DNA from: Macrostomum lignano
Taxonomy: Eukaryota
Length of the DNA stretch: 64,000 nucleotides
NCBI GenBank assembly: GCA_002269645.1
Contig: NIVC01001435.1
Location: 62,001-126,000 of the forward strand
Reading direction: 5' to 3'
This document shows positions 34,173 through 47,960 of the stretch, piece after piece; position 1 is the stretch's first letter; each line of letters begins with the position of its first letter. The notes beneath the pieces were generated by a model, which saw nothing but the letters and a program-made list of their open reading frames with translations, was not told the origin of the DNA and did not search any database. Position numbers and translations under genes: made by a program.

Positions 34173-36827
34173 AAAGGGGATGTGAACTTCAGAGTCTAAA
34201 TAGAGCCTGAAGCATTGGGCCCGATTTTTCTACGCTAATCCCTTCATTCGGAACCAAATAGCTCCCGTTTTGCCAAAAACCCGACCACTTTAGCATTTGG
34301 GGGATCTCTATGGGGAGAAATGGGATAAATGGGGATTTCATGTGATGGAGATCTACCTGTGTTATTTTGATTTTAATATATTTCGATTGTTGCGCTCAGG
34401 AAGGCTCAGACTTCAGTAAGTAGCTTCAGTACGACCAAATGGCCTGCCCGAAGTTTGATGGAAGAAGTGCAGCGCCGTCTTTGAATGGCCAGGTTGACGG
34501 AGATGCGGCCATCTTAGTCACGGGTAATGGACGTGAGAAGGCGTCGAGTCAGCTCGTTGTCTTTGGGGCCATGCTTTCCATCGTCCTTCGCGATGCCGAG
34601 AACTTCGAGGAGCCGTTGTCGTTGTTGATGTTGAGGTAGGTGTTAGTGACGAGGACCTGAGAGGTCTTCGAGGACCCGAGGAGGAAGCTGTTGATGCTGT
34701 GGGCATCCGTGTCAGTGATAGCATTGTTGAGGATGGCTCCGAAGGGCGTCAAGTAGGCCGTTAGAATCGGTCAAAGAGCGAGGGCAGGAACGGCAGAGCC
34801 GGTGAGTAACTGGTTCACGTCGCCACCGAGAATGATATTGAGGGTACCGTCTGCATCATGATCGGGCGGAAGGTTGCAGACGCTGTTGTTGACACTGCTG
34901 AAGGTGTTAAGGACATCTTCAGGGAGCTTAACGGCCGGTATATATATCGGGGCTGCTAGCTGGTCGGAGGCGAGGGCTGCGATTGTCCAGCGACGGCCGT
35001 CTGGGGCGTGGAGGTCGAAACTGACGAGGTCCGCAGTAATCTGACGCTTGGACTCCGAGTGGAAGGTGGGGTGGCTATCGTTAGTCTCTTGGCGGCTTTG
35101 AGGCCAAGCTTGTGGGCAACTTTGCCGTCGAGATGCGAGTACGAGCGTATGAGCAGCCTGAGTCGAGAAGAATTGTGCAGTCGACCGAGCGGCATCTTTC
35201 GGGTTGACGGCCTTTGCCTGGAAGGTAGCCATGATCGTTGGCACGAGGCCTCCGTCGGCTGCGGGACTAGGGAGTTGGCTGTCTCTTTGGAGTCGGCGTC
35301 ACAACCTGAATTAACGTCGGCGTTTTGGCCTGTCTTAGACGAGCGATGGCTGGAGCGGGCGCTGTCAATGGTGGCCTCTGCAGCGAGGTGTGGTTTGTGA
35401 GGTCGCCTAAGGCAGTTGCGGCAAATGTTCTTGTTCCGTACTATTTTAAGCCGGGCATCGGGCTTGCGGATGTTGCAGAAAAACATGGGCATGGTCGGAG
35501 CTGTCGCAATAGAGGCATGGGCGGCTGGGCTTATGCTGCTGCTGGTTGGCGGTGGGAACGAAGCATTCGGAGGGACGAGGCGAGGGTTTGGCGCCCGTGT
35601 GAGGAGTGGTGGACTGGCGTCGATCACTGGGGTAGCGCGCTGCTGGCGGCCGAGAGTCAGTGTTGCCCAGGAAGCCGGCGGAAGCAAAGGGCGCTGTCGG
35701 AGTTGTCGTGGCGGCAGCCCTGGGAGTCCTAAGCTTAAAGCCAAGGTGGCTCTGGAGCTGTGCCATAGTGGGCATGAGAGGCTTCCCGCTTTCAGCATGG
35801 AGGTTGCGGATCTCGTTTCGGAGCTCGATCGAGAGGCGGCTCCAGATGGCGTAGACGTGGCTGTCGATGGTGCAGGCGAGCTCGCCAAGGCGAGGGCTGG
35901 CCGGTAGCGAGTCGGAGGGCGTCGGTGAAGGTCTCGAGCTCATCTATGTCGGAAGCGGAACTGCAGAATAGTGCGAGGAGGCGTTGGAAGCAGGCGTTAT
36001 TCTGCTCCTCGGCGTCCGCGTAGTTAGCCTGGAGGACGCGGCAGGCCTCGGGTTGGCAGGTGTCGGGGGCGCCCAGCTTTCTTAGGGCGGGGCCGGATAG
36101 GAGACATCGGAGTGCCTCGAACTTGTCGACGTCGTTGAGGCTGGATCGGTCGACACGGTAGAGGAAGGTGTCCCAGAACCCGGGCAATGCGGCAGGGTCG
36201 GTGCCGTCGATTGTCGGGAGACGAACCTTCAAAAGGACAGTGGAGCGGATGAGAGCGGCCGGATCGCGATCGACGCTGATTTCGGGGCAGGATGGGTATT
36301 AGCAGTGAGCTGTTCTACGAGAAGCTGATTCTGTTGCATCATCGCAGTCATGAAGGTGAGGAGAGGTTGACGTCGTGCAGCAGGTGACGAGGCAGTGATC
36401 GGGGATGGGACGGGAGGATCCATAGTCGGGGTGGCTGACGTTTCCGGCGGCGGGCAGCTGGGTTCGACGTACGGCTGCCCGCGGCAGGGGCTGCTTCAGC
36501 AGAGGCTGTAGTGCAGTCGTCCTGGGACTGATGGATCTGGTCGCCAGATGGGTCAGTCGTTGATCGCGTGATGACCATGTTAACGCTCTAGTCATCTGGT
36601 CATCATGGTCATCTCGTTATTTAAGAATTTGAAGCTCCTAGAGCCTTAAGTTCACATGAAATCCCCATTTATCCCATTTCTCCCCATAGAGATCCCCTAA
36701 ATGCTAAAGTGCAGTCGGGTTTTCGGCAAAACGGGAGCTATTTGGCTCCGAATGAAGGGATTGGCGTAGAGAAATCGGGACTCAATGCTTCAGGCTCCAA
36801 TTTGACTCTGAAGTTCACATCCCCTTT
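34173..36827 (-). mobile_element. BEL/Pao-type gag-protease fragment enclosed by ~175-bp inverted repeats
   Basis: Inverted repeats at 34173-34345 and 36652-36827. Broken minus-strand ORFs give an MVITRS start; RLPTIDGTDPAALPGFWDTF...LNDVDKFEALRCLLSGPA (DUF1759-like gag); CLYCDSSDH and ICRNCLRRPH zinc knuckles; and NIILGGD...TPFG (DUF1758-like protease region). At least 4 frameshifts. No RT and no LTRs seen. Confidence 0.8.
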
Positions 36828-36921
36828 CACTTGGTTTTTGTGCTAAGCATCCAGTTTTTAAGCTACCTGGATTTTGAGTCTTCGCAGTAAGAGACCGTCT
36901 TTACGATTGTCTTTACTTTAG

Positions 36922-37172
36922 AATCCCACTGGAACAATTTGTGTCCTTGAGCAAGACACTTTAACTCTGCATTACTTCAGTTCCCCCAGCTGTAAAATGG
37001 ATATTCTGCATTAGCTGGGGCAATTGAGGATGTGTGGCGACCCCCCAGTCCTTGGACTGAACAGCCGTACGCAGCCTTCAGATGCGCCGCGCAATAGCTG
37101 CGGCTGAGCTGTCGGTTGCACATCTGGTCCGATTGGGTCAGGTGTAATCAGTTATTATTATTATTATTATAG
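36922..37172 (+). mobile_element. CORE-like SINE, 5'-truncated (copy B), with (TTA)n tail
   Basis: Matches copies A and C from AATCCCACTGGAACAAT onward. Confidence 0.85.
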
Positions 37173-37729
37173 AATTTTGAGTACCACTTACTTATTCTGA
37201 TTTGAGTGTTTAGTCGCTCAATCAGAGGAGTCGCCAGGATCTAAAAATGAAGGTACAGAGTTCAAATAATTACAATTTGCATCAAAGGGTCAAATAGGCA
37301 ATAGTGGGTATAGGAAAGTTCATCATACTTGTGATGTGGCTCGATTTCGATCCATAGGTTATAGTCACCTGGTGTCACCCATTGAAGGGGGCGATGGCGT
37401 CTGGATGACTGGCTGATGATGTCCAGCAGATGAGGTTGCCCATAATTATTGAAGTTTGATCAGCGAAATGAAGGAAATTGGCAATAGGGTGTCCAGGGTC
37501 ACCTGGTACCACCGGTTCAAGGTCGAGAAGCTCCATCTGGGTGAAGGCCAGTGACATGGGAGCCTGGGTGGAGCTCCGCGCAAACTGACTACAATTGATC
37601 AATTTTTGGAACAGTCGACTAGAGACTTAAGACTCGACTTAGGCTCAGGATGGAGCAAGAAGCTTGCGCAGAAACTCTTAGAATCACACGATTGGACAGA
37701 ATTAGAAGGATCTATCAGAGCTTCTCTTT

Positions 37730-37895
37730 CTCAGGATGCCAGCCTCAGGATGCCAGTCTCAGGATGCCAGCCTCAGGATGCCAGTCTCAGGATGCCAGCC
37801 TCAGGATGCCAGTCTCAGGATGCCAGTCTCAGGATGCCAGTCTCAGGATGCCAGTCTCAGGATGCCAGCCTCAGGATGCCAGTCTCAGGATGCCT
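37730..37895. repeat. 14-bp minisatellite (AGGATGCCAG(T/C)CTC)n
   Basis: About 12 units. Confidence 0.95.
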
Positions 37896-39022
37896 CATGT
37901 TTATGATTCTCAATCGATTGTCAATCTCAAAAGAGCTAAATAGTAAAGCGTGCCCTTGGATATACATGTTGTTTGATCTTTGGCACCAGTGATCGGCTCA
38001 GCCGAATTACAATACAGCGAGTCACATACACAGCGATAATATTGGGTGGGCCCAGAAAATTACCTCTCTGGTCACCCGAGTCAAGCCAAGGCGACAGTCG
38101 ATACGCAACCAGCTGAGCACTGAGCACGCACACGGATACGTACGCAGGTACACGCTCACGCAGGGTGTACACAGACCCTGTGGACTAGACTTTCTAATCG
38201 TCAGGCATGTACAAAAGTAGTAAAAAAATTACAAAATGTTCGTCTAATGACACTTAAAACTTTATGCTTATAAAAATATAAAAATAATTATTTCACTGCA
38301 TAACTCTAGAAAATACAAGAGTAACATGCTGTGCATGCTAAATTAAAAGAAATGATAATCTTCACCCCAGATCAAAGCCCCAGATCAAATGCAATCATTG
38401 ATTTTGTGACCAAAAATGATTTTTCCTATCTCCACAGTGTATTTTTTCCATAGAAATGGGCCTTCAAAAATTGCACGATCCTTGTGTGTTGCGTCCTGTT
38501 ACAGTGATCCTTGATGTACACCATGGAGCTACATGTGGGAGGCTGCTGCTGTAGACACGCAGGCTAATTAAAACAGATAGACAGGTGCAAAAAACTGCAG
38601 CGCATGATATCTAGCATGAAAAACGTTAGTTACGCCATATTTCATTACAGATCGCACTAATGGTTGGGATGAATCTACACTGTAGCTCGTATGTCGATCA
38701 TACAATAATGACTGACAATAACAGGTAATATTCTTTGTTGTGGGACGCTGCTGTCACAGTCTGCAACTGTCAGATACAATAAGGTCGAACCTGATACAAA
38801 CTGTGGCATATCAAGAAATGTTTCAAATAATACCGAATAGATGCTTTTCTTACAAATACTTCCAATTACTAATTCACAGGCTGATCATAATTAGCTGTTC
38901 GACATTTAATAAAACCTAGTGAAAATACGGCATCTTTGTACTCTGGACTGATATTCATATGATTGAATAAAAAATTTATATCTCAGCATCAACCCCTTAT
39001 CTCGGGTACCGGGCTGTGCCGT

Positions 39023-41530
39023 TTAAAAGTCGGCCTTGTTGACAACAACTGGCTGCACCTGGTGCCCACCTGTCGGGCGAATATTTCTGAGCAGCAGAAC
39101 CAGCGGGTGGATCAGGGACACGCAGGTGAGGCCGGCAAAAATATAGTTAATCTGCGGGAATTCACGGCTTCTATAAGAGCTGAGACAGAGTCCTGGTTTA
39201 TTGGACAAGAGAATATTTTGAATCTGAGCTCACCGTGTCCGGATTTCGTGAGTCCTGCATCCAGTTTATGAGCGGCACAGTCAGAAACATGAATGGCGCC
39301 GCAGAGCAGATGATTCCAGTGTACACGATGCCAAAGTTCTCCGGCTTGAAGCTGCAAGATCGGATTAGTGAGCATGGGTAAAACAGAAATAGTAACAAAC
39401 TGACTGACAGACGACCCGACATTGGAGCACTTCAATCAAGACTCGGCATTATTACCGAGTTCAAGTGGAAGAGCGAGCCAACCTAGACTCACACAGAAAT
39501 GCAGTAGTTGCCGAGTGTAGAGTACATGAACGCCCGGAACACTGAGATTGCAACAAAAGTAGGAATGAGGATTCCTGTGCTGTTTGGCAGCATCATCAGA
39601 CAGCTGATCGCTCCGATGAGAGCTGTCAAGGTCAGCGTGGTCACAGTGTTGAGTTTGTAGGACCGGTGGTTGTTTTGGCGCACTGAAAAATGTCAGAAAC
39701 ATTTATTCGACAGAAGTTTCCTTATTCTCCTGTTAGGAAGTAATGACCATTAGCTGGTATGTTGCATCCTCACGTGTCGGTATGAACCTCTTCTGCAGGT
39801 CCAGCAGCAAACCGGGAAGCAGCGAAACCAGCGGACTTGTCAGAAAGAAATAGCCAAACATGGTAGCGTAGTGCTCGACCAGATCCTTGTCTACATCGGT
39901 GATCAAGTCCACGTATGGATTTAGGAAACCGAAGAAATAGTTGAGCCGCAGATTGTTGCAGATCATCCACAGGATCATGAGGAAGAAGTCTGTTGTCAGA
40001 AGGAACTGTATGGCCGGGCACCGAAGCTGCTTTTCCTGAAACAAAAACAATTTTTTTGATCCGCATGCACTAAACTCGACTCTTCACATAATTTAACTGT
40101 TTCGATTGAAACTTAGTGTACAATATTCATCGCTAAAGAGTTACCTAACAATTTCCCCTGACAAGTCGATATTGTATTTTATAACTAGAATGAAAGCTAA
40201 AATCTGAAGAGAGTTCCTACCTCTATAGCATCGGATGCCTCCTCTGACACGACACTGGATTCCGTAGTCCTCGGATCTTGCTGCTGCTGGGCCTCCTTCT
40301 TAGACTTGTGGCCGCGCAGCGAAGACAAGCTGATTGTCTGGGGCGCCAGGCCCGAGTCCAACTGGAGCCGGTTGTACTTTCCCGGGTAGAGGGCGACTGT
40401 CAGGCTAATGGTCAGCACGCCGAGGCCTGTGTACACTCCGAATGCGATGAAGCTGTTAACGTTGCTGCGAGATATTTGCTGAATGAGAGGTTAAAGATAA
40501 TGGGGTGACTTTGATCTTGAGTATCGTTGTTCGAGATACTCCTTGTACGAGAGCACAATCCCTCTGCAGATCCTACGTTATAATCTGAATTGCAAGCTCG
40601 TCTATTGATACAAACGAGCAAAAAGCTCTGATATGGTTAACTAGTATTGGCTATGTTTAGCTACTATTGTCGGTATTGGCACTCTAATCAGCTACCCAAC
40701 TGCTCACCACAAGCACTGATGTCACCATAGTGCAGGCATCGAACAGGCCGCTAATTATCGAAGCAACCACGAACGGAAACTTCACCATGGTTGACAGCTG
40801 CAGGTTGGACATGACCACCTGAATACCTGAGATTCCCAGCATCATTGTGCCAGGAAATATCAGCCAATCGACGCCTGAAAGATTGTTTCCAGGGCGATCA
40901 TTCCACAGATTTAACTGCTGGGAGAGACAACGTTTATAAATGGCAATTAGATAATGAAGTCGTAAATTCATTAAAATGACTTAAACTCCATAATACACTG
41001 TCAAGGAGGGCTGCGATAGATTAAAAAGTTTTTATAGCATGGTACCAGCAGACTATTTTTAGATAGAAAATATGAAAGTTTTGTTCCCCTCTGTGGGTGC
41101 TTTGCTTTCTATGCTCTTCTCTTTGCATTTATTAGTGCCATTTCTCACCTGGCTGCACCAGCGTGAAGCAGAGGCTTCCCAGTCCGAACAGCGCCGCAGC
41201 GATGGTCTTCACCACTCGGAAGCCCCAACGGTCCAGGATGAACCCGGATGCGACATTGCCGAACGGTGTCACCACCTGGGTGATGGTGAACGCCAGAGTG
41301 ATTTGATCGCGCGCTGCCGAACATCTAGCGGTGGCGTTGGCGCCAGCTGTGACATTGGGTGCGCACAGGTGGCCGTAGACACCGCGGTCATTGAGCACGG
41401 GAACCAGAGAGACCACGCCATAGAATAGACCGGAGAAGAGCAGAGTCTCGAGCATGGCGAGACCGATGGTGACGGCGATGCGCAGGTCGGAAGGCGCTGC
41501 TGGAAGTGGCTTCTTCTTGCTGTCTGACAT
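39023..41530 (-). CDS. SLC43-like transporter, paralogue 2, 7 exons
   Basis: Exons 41530-41149, 40874-40708, 40478-40221, 40035-39774, 39682-39493, 39351-39234 and 39151-39023. Same exon structure and phases as paralogue 1. The protein ends NKADF*. Confidence 0.85.
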
Positions 41531-43065
41531 GCTTAAAGAAGCGTTTGTGTCAGTAAGTTGGTCTTAAAGTCGAGGTTGCACTTGAACTGAGCGTAAAATG
41601 AACTTTGCCTAAACTTTAATCATTCAGTTTTATAGCTGGTAGTTACTTTCGGCTTTGCAGATATATGCATGTACGCTCGCTATGCGACAGCAAGATTGCA
41701 AACCATTAGAAATCCAACTGACTGGATTCAATCTTGGCGGAGGCTCAAAAGGGGTTCGGTTGGGTTCGCTCAGTGTGGCATGGAGTTTTATCTTTGCTTG
41801 TAATTTGCCAAGCAGAGTGAGGGCAAGGCAGATATTTTTCAGGAGAAGCCTGCTCTCACTTGGAAAGTTGTAATTTACGAGCGCGACTGCACTGAATTAC
41901 GTTTTAGTAGAATCATTCACGCCAACCAGTGAGTGATCCAGCGAAAAGAGTTGCAGGTTCTGCTGTTTGGAGCTAAGCAGTCGTACTCTACAAGCAGACT
42001 TCGTGGCAATGAATCAAGAGAAAATTGATTGCATTTTCTTGTGACTAAACGCTAGCAAGCGCATATCGTTTCTCACAAGTAGTTAAGAGAAACTGTTTTC
42101 AACTGTCTACTATTAGTAATAAGAAAGTATAACAAGATTATCTAAAACTTTAACAGAATGCCTCTTATACAAGAAATGGTTATCAAAATTACTCTGCCGG
42201 ATGAAGCATCTCTTTATTTGCGGGACAAGAATCCAATTATTGTAAAGGATACTTTTGCGAAAAATAAAAGACTTTTGGAACGTAAGACGGTGGAATTCGA
42301 TATGGGTCTAGAAAATAGACTAACAGTTTCTGAGGAAATGGCTCGAGTCTATGAGCATGCTAAATTTCTTTCAAAGTGATTTGCTAATTGGCGATCCTGC
42401 TCCCAGGGCCGGACTCACCCGGCTGCTTCGCTCCTCTTCCTCTTGCTCATAAATCGCTATGATTACTCGTAAAACTTCGAGTCACGAGTGGCTACCTCGG
42501 TGGAAACCTCTGTGTGACTTGTTAGCCTTCAACTCTCACTGCATCAACTGCACCGGGGCCCGCTGCTCAGTATCCATCAGTTTGCTATTGAAATAAAAGC
42601 AATGCAAGTATTTTATAAACACTTTAGTCCCACCCTTTGAGCTGAAGACGCGCTCGAGCATGAGATTTCTTAGAGGTTGAGCAAGTCGTTTTGTTAAAAA
42701 TTGAAACCATCACGACAGTTTCGAATCAATTCATCGTGGCAAAATTCAAGATTTGGGATAAACCAATTTGGGATAAACACCCTTCCGTATTTATGGAAAT
42801 AAAAATTGCAATTGAGTCCGATCCAGCTGTTGCTAAATGTAAACGTTATTTTTTGACATTAGCTCGTAAACATCAGAATCGAGCAAAATAGAATTCACAC
42901 TATTATTAGAATGAAGTCGTAACTGTATCTTACAACATCTGCGTTGCCCAAGCTGTCAAGAAGTTGCTATTACATCAATTGGAGAAAACCACTGACCCAA
43001 AACACTGGATGATTTATTCGCTGTCAATGCAATCCAAAGTTAGTTTCAATAAATAACTATTAACT

Positions 43066-43395
43066 GGAGGGGTTGTAGCCTAGTGGCTACAGAGCCGGAC
43101 TCACGACTGGAAGGTCGGCTGTTCGATTCGCAACCCACTCAGAACAATTTTGTGTCCTTGAGCAAGACACTGAACTCTGCATTGCTTCAGTTCACCCAGC
43201 TGTGAAATGGGTGCCAGCATTAGCTGGGGTAATTGAGGGTGTGTGGCGACCCCCCAGTCCTTGGACTGAACAGCCGTACGCAGCCTTCAGATGCGCCGCG
43301 CAATAGCTGCGACTGACGTCTCGGTTGTACATCCGCCTAATTGGGGCAGGTGTAATCAATATTAATAATAATAATAACTATAATAATAATATTAT
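43066..43395 (+). mobile_element. tRNA-derived CORE-like SINE, full length (copy C), with (TAA)n tail
   Basis: A box TAGCCTAGTGG, B box GTTCGATTC, shared body, AATAAT-rich tail. Confidence 0.87.
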
Positions 43396-43518
43396 ATCTG
43401 CGCAGAAAACCAGCAATGCATTAAACCGAAACCGAAAAACAGAGACAGAAAACCCTTAAACCGAAAAAACTGAGCCACCCAGCATCGAAGAAAAATTTCT
43501 CAGGAACTTCAGAATTTC

Positions 43519-46500
43519 TCAAAAGCGCGTGTCAAAGTCAACTTCGTTGATGATAACTGGCTGCACCCGGTGCCGACCTGTCGAGCGAATATTTCTGAGC
43601 AGCAGAACCAGCGGGTGGATCAGGGACACGCAGGTGAGGCCGGCAAGGATGCAGTTAATCTGCGGTAATTGACAGCTTCTTTGATAACCTTTTCGGTTGA
43701 AAGTATACCGAGTTCAAAAACTGGCAAATCCAAGAGTGCTGAGCTCACCGTGTCCGGGTCGCTCGACTCCTGCAACCACTGAGTGAGCGGCACAGTCAGG
43801 AATGCGAAAGGCGCCATTGTGCAGATGATTGCACAGTAAACTGTGCCAAAGTTCTCCGGCTTGAAGCTGCAAGATCGGTTTGCGTTAAGATTGATAAAGA
43901 AACTGACAGGCAAAAGAATTGACAGAGATATAATCCGACAGGCGGTCGGGTATACAGTTCTGCTGCAGACTCACACAGAGATGCAGTAGTTGCCGAGCGT
44001 AGAGTACATGAACGCCCGGAATACTGAGATTGCAACAAAAGTAGGAATGAGGATTCCTGTGCTGTTTGGCAGCATCATCAGACAGCTGATCGCTCCGATG
44101 AGAGCTGTCAAGGTCAGCGTGGTCACAGTGTTGAGCTTGTATGATCGGTGGCTGTTCTGGCGCACTGAAACGGGCAGGTGAGTTTGCAAGTAGAGTAGTG
44201 CATGCTTTGGCGGCTTTCTTACTTAGAATAATAAACGAAGCAAAAGACAATGCCATAAATTTTGCTTTTTAATGGCGGACACATACGAGGTCATGCTAGG
44301 GAGAGTCGTTACTTGGAAGTTGCTATGAGCTAGCTTACAAAAAACTTGAGGTGGGGTCTGAGTCAGTACTCTGCAGAGACCCCAACTCGTTTACCCTGAG
44401 GTGACCCCAAATCTTATAGTTGGGGTACACCTCCCCATACAAGGGGAGCTGCGCCGTCAACTAGTTAGGCAGTTACGCATTAGAGTGCTGGCGCACACGC
44501 TTGCACCCGTCGCAAGCAGACGGTCCCGCCAATCCACTTTTTGATTGCGATTCTCCGCCAGGGAGAGAATAAGCTAATAGCCATATTTACGTAGCATATT
44601 TTTGGCACTGACAATACACTGGAAAACAGATCTATCCTTACGTGTCGGTATGAACCGCTTCTGCAGGTCCAGCAGCAAACCGGGAAGCAGCGAGACCAGC
44701 GGACTTGTCAGAAAAAAATAGCCAAACATGGTAGCGTAGTGCTCCACCAGATTCTTGTCTCCATCGGTGATCAAGTCCACGTAGTCGTTTAAAGAGCCGA
44801 AGAAATAGCTTAGCCGCAGGCTGTTGCAGATCATCCACAGGACCATGAGGAAGAAGTCTGTTGTCAGAAGGAACTGTATGGCTGAGCAGCGAGGATTTCT
44901 TTCCTGAAAAACCCAATTGCATTTCGTCTAGCTGAAGATAAAAAATACTCAAATATTCGTAGCAGAATTGTGAGCACCCTGGCTCAACGCCTTCAGCAGT
45001 ATTGTCCCTGCTGACCCTGAGCACATACGAGCTTCAAGCACGCGAATACTGTACGCAGCAACGCACTCAAACACACCGTCACAGTGTGTAAAGCAGCCTT
45101 GACTTTCTAATCGTCTATCTAATCGTCTGACTTGTGTACAATTTTTCGTACACAAGCCCCGAATGAATGTCTTTGCGCACGGAATCAAGCCGGGGTAGTG
45201 ACGCGAGAGTCAGACGAGTTTACCTCTGAGGTGCTCTGCCCCCACCTCATTGACGCAATTTCAAACTAAGTATTACTAATTCTGTTACTATTCAAATAAG
45301 AGGTTGCCAACCTCGCTGGCATCAAAGATCTCAGTGGGTTTCACGTTTGATTCATTCTTCTCTTCATGTTGCTGCTGCTGAGTTTCCTTGTTCGAGTTGC
45401 AACTGGGTTTCTGTTTCTGGGTCGCCGGGCCCGAGTCCACCTGGAGCCGGTTGTACTTTCCCGGGTAGAGGGCGACAGTCAGGCTGATAGTCAGCACACC
45501 GAGACCTGTGTACACTCCAAATGCGATGAAGCTGTTGACGTTGCTGCGAGATATTTGCTGAATAAGAGGTAAGAGATGAGAGGGTAATGTTGTCTAATAG
45601 TTGTTGAGTATCATTCAAGATGGACATGGGCACACTTATGATTAGCTATTATGGCTTCTAGTTAGCATTAGTGCACTGAGTCATCTATCTGTTCACCTTA
45701 AGCACTGAGGCCACCATTGTGCAGGCATCGAACAGGCCGCTAATTATCGAAGCGACCACGAACGGAAATTTCACCATGGTTGACAGCTGCAGGTTGGACA
45801 TGATGATCTGAATTCCTGAGATTCCCAGCATCATTGTGCCAGGAAATATCATCCAGTCGACTCCTATCAGATTTTAATGTTGGAATTAAGTGAAAACTTT
45901 TAATGGTTTAAGGTACTGAAAAAAGATTCAGTCAGGTTGTTTTCTAGAGTATTTACGTGTAGTATGCAACAAATTTCCATCATTTTCAAGATACACTCTA
46001 GTGTCATTCCATCATTTTCAAGATACACTCTAGTGTCATTCCATCATTTTCAAGATACACTCTAGTGTCATTCCATCATTTTCAAGATACACTCTAGTGT
46101 CATTCCATCATTTTCAAGAGACACTCTAGTGTCATTCCATCATTTTCAAGATACACTCTAGTGTCATTCCATCATTTTCAAGATACACTCTAGTGTCATT
46201 CCATCATTTTCAAGATACACTCTAGTGTCATTCCATCATTTTCAAGATACACTCTAGTGTCATTCCATCATTTTCAAGATACACTCTAGTGTCATTCCAT
46301 CATTTTCAAGATACACTCTAGTGTCATTCCATCATTTTCAAGAGACACTCTAGTGTCATTCCATCATTTTCAAGATACACTCTAGTGTCATTCCATCATT
46401 TTCAAGATACACTCTAGTGTCATTCCATCATTTTCAAGATACACTCTAGTGTCATTCCATCATTTTCAAGATACACTCTAGTGTCATTCCATCATTTTCA

Positions 46501-47960
46501 AGATACACTCTAGTGTCATTCCATCATTTTCAAGATACACTCTAGTGTCATTCCATCATTTTCAAGATACACTCTAGTGTCATTCCATCATTTTCAAGAT
46601 ACACTCTAGTGTCATTCCATCATTTTCAAGAAACACTCTAGTGTCATTCCATCATTTTCAAGATACACTCTAGTGTCATTCCATCATTTTCAAGATACAC
46701 TCTAGTGTCATTCCATCATTTTCAAGATACACTCTAGTGTCATTCCATCATTTTCAAGAAACACTCTAGTGTCATTCCAATAACAAATCAACGAAAAGTC
46801 AGCATGCAAAATACGAGCTAGTTTTGGAAGGTCAATTTAGGGTCAGGCACGGCAGACAAGCTCCAGCCTTTCTGTAGAGGTTGTGAGAAGTCGTGTCAGT
46901 TCCGATAAAACTAATCATATGATTGAAGCAGCCACCAATGCAGGATAGTCTAGAGGCGTAGCGCTGTACAGAGCCTCGGATCGGATGAGGGTACATTTCT
47001 AGACAGGATTGCAGACGTACAAAAGCTTTGTGACTGCGTAACAAGTGCGTTTCATTCCATAGATTCGACTCCGTCCGATTCAAACAACTAAGTAACAACT
47101 CTAGCGACTGAGCCTGAGCGAAATTTCTATTTTTAGCTGACAACAGGAGGCGTAGCAGCAGAAGCAGCTCAAACCAGACCGTCTCCCAGTGCAAATTAAA
47201 AGTGCGAGGCTTAAGCCAAGGCAAGACAACCAAAATAACTTATGTCAAAGAGTACTTCATGTACTATCCAGCCCTCGGCTTCGTTCGCGTTACAATAATA
47301 GAGTCTACCTTTGAGTACTGGAGTTGCTGACTGTTATATTGTAAATAGTTGTGATAATCAGGTTTAACTACTACAGTTAAGAAGGTTTCTAAAGCAAAAA
47401 TTAAGCCGTAAAATATGACTATGCTGTGTCTTTAAAAAACAGCTGACTCCTAAAGATTCGTAGACGAGGGACAATGGTGTCAATTAGCATTTATTCAGTC
47501 GCTTTTTAAATTTACGTAGCCGTGACTCAGTACAGCGCATCCCCGATATCAATCTCTCCCGCCATTCACACCACTCACCCGGCTGCACCAGCGTGAAGCA
47601 GAGGCTTCCCAGCCCGAACAGCGCCGCAGCGATGGTCTTCACCACTCGGAAGCCCCAACGGTCCAGGATGAACCCGGATGCGACATTGCCGAACGGCGTC
47701 ACCACCTGGGTGATGGTGAACGCCAGAGTGATCTGATCGCGCGCTGCAGAACAGCTAGCAGTGGCGTTGGCGCCAGCTGTGACATTAGGTGCGCACAGGT
47801 GACTGTAGACACCGCGGTCATTGAGCACGGGAACCAGAGAGACCACGCCATAGGATATACCGGAGAAGAGCAGAGTCTCGAGCATGGCGAGGCCGATGGT
47901 GACGGCGATGCGCAGGTCGGAAGGCGCTGCCAGAGGCGGCTTCTTCTCGCTGTCAGACAT
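43519..47960 (-). CDS. SLC43-like transporter, paralogue 3, 7 exons
   Basis: Exons 47960-47579, 45863-45697, 45557-45312, 44903-44642, 44164-43975, 43866-43749 and 43659-43519. The frame is intact and the protein ends DTRF*. Confidence 0.85.
45977..46779. repeat. 32-bp minisatellite (CCATCATTTTCAAGATACACTCTAGTGTCATT)n
   Basis: About 25 nearly perfect units in intron 1 of paralogue 3. Confidence 0.97.

Noticed and set aside
45977-46779. CRISPR-like 32-bp repeat with an internal hairpin (ACACT/AGTGT)
   Set aside because: The units are directly adjacent with no spacers, there are no cas genes, and the array is in a eukaryotic intron.
46832-47233. 133-aa minus-strand ORF in intron 1 of copy 3 (also 27278-27589)
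   Set aside because: No recognisable domain or splice support. It is probably a TE remnant or chance.
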